Shown: one piece after another, positions 10,742 through 17,710 of the stretch | How the letters are laid out: every line of letters begins with the position of its first letter | How positions within the stretch are numbered: the first letter of the stretch is position 1 | From: Verrucomicrobiota bacterium | Lineage (GTDB): Bacteria; Verrucomicrobiota; Verrucomicrobiia; Limisphaerales; CANJSG01 | Direction of reading: 5' to 3' | Assembly: GCA_038209745.1 (NCBI GenBank) | Contig: JBBQXJ010000093.1 | Location: 1 to 17,710, forward strand | DNA length: 17,710 bases | Program-made: the position numbers and the translations under genes | Notes under the pieces: model-generated | Databases searched by the model: none | What the model was told of the DNA's origin: nothing | What the model saw: only the letters and a program-made list of their open reading frames with translations

Positions 10742-11617
10742 ATGAAATCCCTGTCCGGACTCCTGCTGTTGGTCGGAATGGTTGTCCTCGCGACGCCAGG
10801 TTGCGTGACCAGCGGTTCCACGTTCTCGGCGAAAAGCACCCGTTACGTGTTCCTCTGCTTAGGACAGTCGAACATGGAGGGCTTCCCCGGCATCGCCGAG
10901 GAGGACAAAGGCCCGGTGGACCCGCGCTTCCAGATGCTGGCCGCCGTGGACTTTCCGAAGCAGGGCCGAGTGAAGGGCAACTGGTATCCCGCCGTGCCGC
11001 CGTTGTCCCGTCCGTCGGCCGGACTCGGGCCAGCCGACTACTTCGGCCGCACGCTGGTCTCGAATCTCCCGCCGCACATCCAGGTCGGCGTGGTCAACGT
11101 CTCCATCGGCGGCTGCAAGATCGAGCTCTTCGAGAAGGACTCCTACCAGAGCTGCGTTGCGACCGCGCCACGCTGGATGACCAACACCATCGCCACCTAC
11201 AGTGGCAATCCCTACCGGCATCTCGTGGAGATGGCGAAGCTTGCGCAGAAAGACGGCGTCATCAAAGGCATCCTGCTGCACCAGGGCGAATCCAACACGA
11301 ACGACAAGGACTGGCCCAACAAGGTCAAACGCATCTACGAGAACCTGCTGGGGGATCTGGGTCTGAAAGCCGAAGACGTCCCGCTGCTCGCTGGCGAGCT
11401 GGTGGGCGCCGACCAGAACGGCGCCTGCGCGAGCATGAACCAGATCATCGACGCTCTGCCCAGGACGATTTCCACCGCGCACGTCGTTTCGTCCGCGGGA
11501 TGCGAGGGACGGCCGGACCGGTTGCACTTCACTCCGGCCCGCTACAGAAATTTGGGAAGGCTCTACGCGGAAACGATGCTTTCCCTGCTGGGCCAGAAAA
11601 AAACCGTGGCCGAATAA
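10742..11617 (+). CDS. CE6 acetylxylan esterase / SASA (DUF303) SGNH-type esterase, exported (possible lipoprotein)
   Basis: GQSNMEG, LGPADYFGRTL, GCKIELF, KGILLHQGESN, DRLHF (DxxH). Hydrophobic N-terminus ending in TPGC. Confidence 0.9.
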   Translation: MKSLSGLLLLVGMVVLATPGCVTSGSTFSAKSTRYVFLCLGQSNMEGFPGIAEEDKGPVDPRFQMLAAVDFPKQGRVKGNWYPAVPPLSRPSAGLGPADYFGRTLVSNLPPHIQVGVVNVSIGGCKIELFEKDSYQSCVATAPRWMTNTIATYSGNPYRHLVEMAKLAQKDGVIKGILLHQGESNTNDKDWPNKVKRIYENLLGDLGLKAEDVPLLAGELVGADQNGACASMNQIIDALPRTISTAHVVSSAGCEGRPDRLHFTPARYRNLGRLYAETMLSLLGQKKTVAE

Positions 11618-11698
11618 CCCGGCGAGGGCCGAATTTTCGGGCGATCAAACTCACGCCCGGCCGATCCTGTCTTCCTACGACAACCGTCCGAAAACAGG

Positions 11699-11747
11699 GG
11701 CCCGGCGAAAAAATCTCCAACGCAATGACGCAATTTCATCCCTAGCC
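11699..11747 (+). promoter_or_regulatory. Putative regulatory motif, copy 2 (AAAAATCTCC-N7-TGACGCAATTT)
   Basis: In the 358-bp intergenic region upstream of the second PVC heme gene. Matches 2036..2084 without gaps. Confidence 0.55.
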
Positions 11748-11975
11748 AACAAGGCTTTGACCACGGTTATCATACAAGGGTCACCAAGCATCCATGCACA
11801 TTGCGGCCTCATTGCAGCTCGCTTCCCCAGTTGTCACTGCGGAAGCCGTTTCGCGCACTCCATCGCACCGGCCTGAGCCCTCGGCTGGACTGGAAGGCGG
11901 TTCGCTGTTCGGAACGAAACGTCACCCTCACCGCCGAGTGATCGCGGAGGCTGACAAGGACAATTTCAGTAAACC

Positions 11976-14900
11976 ATGAAACCTATACCCCACTGGGCCA
12001 TCGCCCTCGCCGCCCTCGGCACCGCCTGCTCCCCCGTCGCCACCGCACCCACCTCCACCGGCCCGTCCGCTGCGAAGGATCCGCGCGTCGGCTTCAATCT
12101 ACCGTCCACCTCCGCCGAGCCGCACACGGGCTTGAAGCCCTTCGAATACATGGAGGCTCCGGACAAGCTGCCGAACTATGTGCCGAGCGACAAATGGGGC
12201 GTGCAGGGCGCTCCGATTACCACGATGCAGAAGCCCCTCAGCCCCGAGGAGTCGATCCAGCACTACGTGTTGCCCGAGGGGTTCGAGGCGAAGCTGTTCG
12301 CGCACGAGCCCGACGTCCACAAGCCGATCTGCTTGGCCTGGGACGCCCGCGGCCGCCTCTGGATCTCCGAGACCGTGGACTACCCGAACAGCGAGCAGCC
12401 CGCCGGCGAGGGCCATGACCAGATCAAGATCTGCGAGGACACGGACGGCGACGGCGTGGCCGACAAGTTCACCGTCTTCGCCGACAAGCTGAGCATCCCG
12501 ACCACCTTCACCTTCGCCAACGGCGGCATCGTCCTGATGCAGTCGGGCGAGACCGTTTTCCTCAAGGACACCGACGGAGACGACAAGGCCGACGTGCGGC
12601 AGGTGCTCTTCAAGGGCTGGGGCATGAACGACACCCACGCCACCGCCAGCAACCTCCGCATGGGCCCCGACGGCTGGCTCTGGGGAGTTGTCGGCTACTC
12701 CGGATTCCGCGGAACCGTCGGAGGAAAGGAGCTGCGCTTCGGCCAGGGATTCTTCCGCATGAAGCCCGACGGCTCGGCGATGGAGTTCGTCCGCTCCAGC
12801 AACAACAACACGTGGGGCCTCGCGTTCAATGAGAACGGCATCGTCTTCGGCTCCACCGCCAACGGCAACGCCTACATGTATATGCCGATCGCCAACCGCT
12901 TCTACGAGTCGGTCGACGGATGGACCGTCAGCCGCGTCGATTCCATCGCCGACAGCCAGAACTTCTATCCCATCACCAAGAAGGTTCGGCAGGTCGACTG
13001 GCACGGGAAATACACCGCCGGGGCCGGGGCCGCGATCTACACCGCGCGCAGCTTCCCGATGGCCTACTGGAACCGGGTCGGCTTCGTCTGCGAACCGACC
13101 GGCCACCTCATCGGCCAGTTCGGCATCGAGGCCAAAGGAGCGGACTTCATCGCGCACAACTTGAAGAGCTTCCTGGCGAGCGACGACGAATGGACCTCGC
13201 CCATCACCGCCGAGGTCGGCCCCGACGGCGCGCTCTGGATCACCGACTGGTACAACTATATCATCCAGCACAACCCGGTGCCGGAGGGCTTCAAGAACGG
13301 CAAGGGCGGCGCCTATGAGACCACCCTGCGCGACAAGGTCCACGGCCGCATCAGCCGCATCTTGCCGAAGGCCTTCAAGCCCACGGCCCGGCCGCCGCGG
13401 CTCGACCAGGCCTCGCCCGCACAGCTCGTCGCCACGCTCAAGAGCGACAACATGCTCTGGCGCACCCACGCCCAGCGGCTCCTCGTCGAACGCCACAACC
13501 AGGACGTCGTCCCCGCGCTGCTCGCGCTCGTCGCCGACACCGGCGCCGACGCGATCGGCCTGAACACCGCCGCCAACCACGCCCTCTGGACGTTGTCCGG
13601 GCTCGGCGCGTTGAACGACGCGAACTCCGCCGCGTTCAAGTCCGTCGTCGCCGCGCTGAAGCATCCCGTAGCCGGAGTCCGTCGCAACGCCGCGACCGCT
13701 CTTCCCCGCGACGAAGCCGGCCGTGACGCGCTGCTCGCCGCCGGATCGCTGGGCGACTCCGACGCCCAGGTTCAGCTGGCCTCCTTTCTCGCCCTCGCCG
13801 AGATGCCGCCCTCCGAAGCCGCCGGATCGGCCGTCTTCGCCGCTCTCGACCGCGAAGCCACCGCCACCGACAAGTGGCTGACCGACGGCTCGGTCTCCGC
13901 CGGCGCCAAGAACGCGAACGGCTTCCTCAAGGCCGCCCTGATGGCCCCGGTCAAAGGCGACGCCCTGCCCGGTTCCGGGGCGAACGCCGTCAAGCTCGTG
14001 GCCGGCCGCTTCGCCACCACCGCGACCTACGACTCCGTGCGTCCCCTCCTCATGGCCGCCAAGACCGCCTCGCCCGCCACGGCCGGCCCCGTGTTGGAAG
14101 GCCTCGCCGCCAACTGGCCCAAGGACAAGCTCCCGGTGCTGAATCCAGATCAAGAGAAGGAACTCGTCTCCCTCATGGACGCCCTTCCCGAGGACAGCAA
14201 GGTCTCCCTCCTCACGCTGGTCGACACCTGGAAGCGCAAGGATCTCTTCACCCCTCAGATCGCCGCCCTGACCAAGGAACTCACCGCCAAGGTCACCAAC
14301 ACCGCGCTGGCCGACGCCGCCCGCATCAAGGCCGCCGCGACCCTCGTCGGCTTCGACGACTCCGAAGCATCGCTCAAGGCCATCATCGGCCAGGTCAACC
14401 TCCAGTCCTCCCCCGACCTGGCCACCGGATTGGTCCGCGCCTTCGCCGGAAGCCGCATCGAGCCCGGCGCCGACATCCTCATCGGCGCCTGGGATCGGCT
14501 CACCCCCGGCTCCCGCCGCGCCGTCATCCTCACCCTCACGCGGCGCAACGAATGGACCCTCGCCCTACTGAAGGACGTCCGGTCCGGCAAGCTCATCCGC
14601 TCCGACCTGCCCGCCGAGGTCTGGGCCCAGCTCCGCCGCTCCCGCAGCCAGCAGATCGCCAACCTCGCCCGCGAGCTCGACCAAACCCGGGTCAGCACCG
14701 ACATGGAAGCCACCCTCGCCAAGATCCGTCCGCTCACCGAACTGACCGGCGACATCGCCAACGGCAAGGCCGTCTTCACCAAGAACTGCGCCGTCTGCCA
14801 CGCCATGGAAGGCGTCGGAGCCAAGATCGGCCCCGAGCTCACCGGCATCGGTGCCCGCGCGAAGAACGACTTCTTCATCGACATCATCGATCCCAACCGC

Positions 14901-15158
14901 TCGGTTGAGGCGAACTTCCGCATGTGGACCGCCACGACGAAGGACGACGAATCCGTCTCTGGCCGCCTCGAATCGGAGAGCCGGACCGGCATCGAAATCC
15001 TCGACCTCGCCGGCCAGAAACACGTCATCCAGCGCAAGGACATCAAGGCGCTGGACGTCTCCCAGCTGTCGATCATGCCCGTCGGCTTCGAGAACCTCCC
15101 CCCCAAGGATCTGACCGACCTCTTCGAATACATGGCCGCCAGCAAGGTCAAGCACTGA
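11976..15158 (+). CDS. PVC-type heme-binding CxxCH protein (beta-propeller, long HEAT-like helical region, c-type cytochrome), probable lipoprotein
   Basis: Lipobox-like LGTAC. Motifs FAHEPDVHKP..WDARGRLWISET.DYP, EDTDGDGVADKF, NNNTWG, VGPDGALW..DWYN, HGRI. CAVCH at 14787-14801, IGPELTG, IIDPNRSV, SIMPVGFE. Confidence 0.93.
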   Translation: MKPIPHWAIALAALGTACSPVATAPTSTGPSAAKDPRVGFNLPSTSAEPHTGLKPFEYMEAPDKLPNYVPSDKWGVQGAPITTMQKPLSPEESIQHYVLPEGFEAKLFAHEPDVHKPICLAWDARGRLWISETVDYPNSEQPAGEGHDQIKICEDTDGDGVADKFTVFADKLSIPTTFTFANGGIVLMQSGETVFLKDTDGDDKADVRQVLFKGWGMNDTHATASNLRMGPDGWLWGVVGYSGFRGTVGGKELRFGQGFFRMKPDGSAMEFVRSSNNNTWGLAFNENGIVFGSTANGNAYMYMPIANRFYESVDGWTVSRVDSIADSQNFYPITKKVRQVDWHGKYTAGAGAAIYTARSFPMAYWNRVGFVCEPTGHLIGQFGIEAKGADFIAHNLKSFLASDDEWTSPITAEVGPDGALWITDWYNYIIQHNPVPEGFKNGKGGAYETTLRDKVHGRISRILPKAFKPTARPPRLDQASPAQLVATLKSDNMLWRTHAQRLLVERHNQDVVPALLALVADTGADAIGLNTAANHALWTLSGLGALNDANSAAFKSVVAALKHPVAGVRRNAATALPRDEAGRDALLAAGSLGDSDAQVQLASFLALAEMPPSEAAGSAVFAALDREATATDKWLTDGSVSAGAKNANGFLKAALMAPVKGDALPGSGANAVKLVAGRFATTATYDSVRPLLMAAKTASPATAGPVLEGLAANWPKDKLPVLNPDQEKELVSLMDALPEDSKVSLLTLVDTWKRKDLFTPQIAALTKELTAKVTNTALADAARIKAAATLVGFDDSEASLKAIIGQVNLQSSPDLATGLVRAFAGSRIEPGADILIGAWDRLTPGSRRAVILTLTRRNEWTLALLKDVRSGKLIRSDLPAEVWAQLRRSRSQQIANLARELDQTRVSTDMEATLAKIRPLTELTGDIANGKAVFTKNCAVCHAMEGVGAKIGPELTGIGARAKNDFFIDIIDPNRSVEANFRMWTATTKDDESVSGRLESESRTGIEILDLAGQKHVIQRKDIKALDVSQLSIMPVGFENLPPKDLTDLFEYMAASKVKH

Positions 15159-15178
15159 GCCTTCCTCCGAACAACGAC

Positions 15179-15210
15179 ACGAGGCGGGCCCCAGGGTCCG
15201 CCTCGTTTTT
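15179..15210 (+). terminator. Rho-independent terminator
   Basis: 12-bp stem ACGAGGCGGGCC / GGTCCGCCTCGT (one G:U), 4-nt loop, then a T-run; 20 nt after the stop at 15158. Confidence 0.8.
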
Positions 15211-15345
15211 GGCTTCTTGGAAAAGAGCGGGAATCTCGCCCGGTTTGAACAAAAGGCGGGCTGCTCACGGAGTCGGGTTTGGCCTTACATTTCCACCCCA
15301 TCCGATCCCCGGCCGACCCGGATCATGGCACTCGCTTCCGTCCCG

Positions 15346-15629
15346 ATGTCCCGGCCCCTGCCTCGCGCCGCCTCTTCACCGTGGCGCTCATCGGCGGCGT
15401 CGCCTTCTCCACCTGGAATGCCTGCCGGGCAGCGGAACTGGAAGCCGTCACCCGCGAGGCTGTTCTGCACCAGACGGTGCAGTCGCGCGTCAATGCCCGC
15501 GACTACCCGGAACAGAAACTCGGCTGCAAGGGCGACACCCATCTCCATGCCGTCGGTGCCTTCCGCATCAGCGACCTCGCGATCATCGAGGTCATGACCC
15601 GAGTCCCCGAACTTGCCCAGTGGCTAAAG
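15346..15629 (+). pseudogene. Probable remnant of an exported SGNH esterase (rhamnogalacturonan acetylesterase, CE12-like C-terminus)
   Basis: YPEQKLGCKGDTHLHAVGAFRISDLAIIEVMTRVPELAQWLK resembles the DDTHF..GA C-terminal block of CE12-like enzymes. It follows closely after a signal-like segment (SRRLFTVALIGGVAF); no GDS catalytic block is present. Confidence 0.5.
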
Positions 15630-15659
15630 CAGCCACCGCGACGTGGCCCGAGGTTTTCC

Positions 15660-15820
15660 TTAACCACAGATCAACACAGATGGACACAGATCCTTCCTTG
15701 TCGGACAGGCATCCTGCCTGCCCGCGTCACTTGATCCGCAACGCTCGGCTGTTGGCGTCGGACCCGCGCTCAAACGCTCCCGCCTCTCATCTGTGTTTAT
15801 CTATCTCCATCTGTGATTAA
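15660..15820. repeat. Inverted repeat built from 3x 10-bp units (ACACAGATnn ... nnATCTGTGT)
   Basis: Left arm 15660-15691 TTAACCACAGATCAACACAGATGGACACAGAT; right arm 15789-15820. 25/32 identity after reverse-complementing. Confidence 0.85.
15700..15724. repeat. Single REP-like palindrome nested in the inverted repeat
   Basis: Stem CGGACAGGCA-TCC-TGCCTGCCCG (9/10 paired), starting within GTCG. Similar to the arm at 17021. Confidence 0.65.
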
Positions 15821-15844
15821 GCCTTTCCCCGCATTCGCCAACCC

Positions 15845-17425
15845 ATGAGCACCCCGTTCAAACTCACCCGAGTTCCCACCCTGAAGACCGTCGCGGCCTT
15901 CCGAGCCCACACCGCGTCGCTCGGGGTGGAGATCCCCGTCGAGGACGCGATCAGCACCTCCGATTCGCCGCTGCTCAAACCTGTCGGACAGGTGCAGATC
16001 AATGGCAAGACCATCGGCAACCGCTGGGCCATCCAGCCGATGGAAGGTTGGGACGGCACCACTACCGGCGGCGTCACCGACGAGATGCGCCGACGCTGGC
16101 ACCGGTTCGGTGAAAGCGGCGCCAAGCTCATCTTCGGCGGCGAAGCCATGGCCGTGCGCCCCGACGGCCGCGCCAACACCAATCAGCTCATCATCCAGGA
16201 GCAAAACAAGGCCGGCATCGCCGAGATCCGCGAGATCCTCGTCAAGGCCCACCAGGAGCGCTACGGCAACACGGACGACCTCGTCATCGGCTTCCAGCTC
16301 ACCCACTCCGGCCGCTTCTGCCGGCCCAACGACAAAGCGCGCTGGGAGTCCCGCATCGCCTACCGCCACCCGATCTTGGACAAGAAGTTCAACGTCACCA
16401 GCGACGACCAGATCCTGAGCGACTCCGACGTCGAGGAACTGGTCCAGTGCTACATCAAGTCCGCCCGCATCGCCCATGACGTCGGCGCCGACTTCGTCGA
16501 CATCAAGCACTGCCACGGCTACCTGCTGCACGAATTCCTCGGCGCCCACACGCGGCCCGGCAGATACGGCGGCAGCTTCGAGAACCGCACCCGCATCCTC
16601 CGTGAGATCGTCGCCGGCATCCGCGCCGACGGAAATCCCATCGAACTCGGCGTGCGCCTCAGCGCCTTCGACTTCGTGCCCTTCCGTCCCGATCCCGCGC
16701 TCTCCCAACCCGGCAAGCTCGGGCCCGGCATTCCCGAGGACTATTCGCACTCCCTGCCCTACCGCTACGCTTTCAGCGTCAACCCGGAGAATCCCGTCCA
16801 GCACGACCTGACCGAGACCTTCGCCTTCGCCGATCTCTGCGCCGAACTCGGCGTGAAGCTGCTCAACCTCAGCGCCGGTTCACCCTACTACAATCCCCAC
16901 ATCCAGCGTCCGGCCGCCTACCCGCCGTCCGACGGCTACCAGCCCGCGCACGACCCGCTGATCGACGTCGCCCGCCAGCTCGACGCGGTGCGGCAGATCA
17001 AGGCGCACATCGCCTCCCCCGTAGGCCGGGCATCCCTGCCCGGCAAGTCTCCATCGGCTTCCGTCGGAATCAGAAAAGCAGGCTCCCAACTTGCTGGGCA
17101 GGGATGTCCGGCCTACCCGCTCGTCATTGGCTCCGCCTACAGCTACCTCCAGGAATACCTTCCGCACGTCGCGCAATACGTCGTCCGCCACGGCTGGACC
17201 GACCTGATCGGCCTCGGCCGCATGACCCTCAGCTATCCGGACATGCTGGTGGACGCGACGACGAAGGGTTCGCTGACCGCCAGGTCCATTTGCCGCACCT
17301 TCAGCGACTGCACCACCGCCCCTCGCAACGGCCTGATCAGCGGCTGCTACCCCTTGGATGAATACTACAAGGCCAAGCCCGAGTTCACCCAACTGAAGGC
17401 GATCAAGAAGGCGGTCGGGGCGTAG
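15845..17425 (+). CDS. NADH:flavin oxidoreductase / Old Yellow Enzyme-like TIM-barrel protein carrying an in-frame 32-aa repeat-derived insertion
   Basis: NRWAIQPMEG, GAKLIFGGEA, QLTHSGR, DFVDIKHCHGYLLHEFL, YGGSFENRTR, GVRLS, DLIGLGR; C-terminal CRTFSDC..GC. Confidence 0.92.
   Translation: MSTPFKLTRVPTLKTVAAFRAHTASLGVEIPVEDAISTSDSPLLKPVGQVQINGKTIGNRWAIQPMEGWDGTTTGGVTDEMRRRWHRFGESGAKLIFGGEAMAVRPDGRANTNQLIIQEQNKAGIAEIREILVKAHQERYGNTDDLVIGFQLTHSGRFCRPNDKARWESRIAYRHPILDKKFNVTSDDQILSDSDVEELVQCYIKSARIAHDVGADFVDIKHCHGYLLHEFLGAHTRPGRYGGSFENRTRILREIVAGIRADGNPIELGVRLSAFDFVPFRPDPALSQPGKLGPGIPEDYSHSLPYRYAFSVNPENPVQHDLTETFAFADLCAELGVKLLNLSAGSPYYNPHIQRPAAYPPSDGYQPAHDPLIDVARQLDAVRQIKAHIASPVGRASLPGKSPSASVGIRKAGSQLAGQGCPAYPLVIGSAYSYLQEYLPHVAQYVVRHGWTDLIGLGRMTLSYPDMLVDATTKGSLTARSICRTFSDCTTAPRNGLISGCYPLDEYYKAKPEFTQLKAIKKAVGA
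17021..17116. mobile_element. REP doublet (REPIN-like, GTAG class) located in frame within the oxidoreductase CDS
   Basis: 28-bp inverted arms 17021-17048 and 17089-17116 (26/28), bounded by GTAG...CTAC. Left arm has internal palindrome GCCGGGCA-TCCC-TGCCCGGC. Length 96 bp = 32 codons. Confidence 0.85.
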
Positions 17426-17445
17426 TTGCACACCGCCGCCTCAGT

Positions 17446-17596
17446 GGTAGGACGCTGGCTCCCGCCAAGCCGCCGTTTGACGCGGCTGACGACGGGACCG
17501 ACGCTCTGCTGTCAGCGGAGGGTTCTGGAGGTGCCAGAATCGCTTTCGAGAGAGGAGTCCGTCCCCAAGCGGCTCGGCGGGAGCCGTCGCGCTACC
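17446..17596. repeat. Intergenic REP doublet (GGTAG...CTACC)
   Basis: Arms GGTAGGACGCTGGCTCCCGCCAAGCCGC (17446-17473) and GCGGCTCGGCGGGAGCCGTCGCGCTACC (17569-17596), 23/28 inverted identity. Internal hairpin GGCTC-GGCGG-GAGCC. Confidence 0.8.
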
Positions 17597-17710
17597 CTCC
17601 ATCCGCATTCAACCAGTCCTGACCGGTCGCAACCAAATCCGGAGCATTGCCCCCCACCTCTCCAAAGTGTCCACCAATCCAAATCAGGCCCAGACGTCGA
17701 AACCCGAAAG

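Noticed and set aside
11760..11975. Possible riboswitch (cobalamin-like fragments CACTG, GGAAGG) or 61-aa leader ORF
   Set aside because: Conserved elements are not in the required order or structure, and the ORF has no coding hallmarks. An Rfam covariance search would be decisive.
15660..15691. Short tandem units as a CRISPR-like array
   Set aside because: Units are 10 bp with no unique spacers and there are no cas genes; they form an inverted-repeat arm.

Overview
GC-rich bacterial window. The gene content (two PVC-type heme-binding CxxCH proteins) and start-codon contexts suggest Verrucomicrobiota/PVC; this is inference. All credible genes are on the + strand. In order: two paralogous hypothetical proteins (the first cut by the window edge); a plant-cell-wall (pectin/xylan) cluster with a PL10 pectate lyase, two CE1-type esterases, a PVC-type beta-propeller/cytochrome c protein, a small secreted beta-sandwich protein, a GH10 xylanase pseudogene and a CE6 acetylxylan esterase; a second, longer PVC-type heme lipoprotein with a terminator; a probable SGNH-esterase gene remnant; and an OYE-like flavin oxidoreductase surrounded by REP-like palindromes. 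Most notable: (i) a 96-bp GTAG...CTAC REP doublet lying in frame inside the oxidoreductase gene, adding 32 aa; (ii) a 49-bp bipartite motif repeated with identical spacing in two upstream regions 9.7 kb apart; (iii) two differently built heme/propeller proteins in or beside a carbohydrate-esterase cluster; (iv) an uncharacterised tandem N-terminal domain on a CE1 esterase. Family calls come from recognised motifs; no searches were run.
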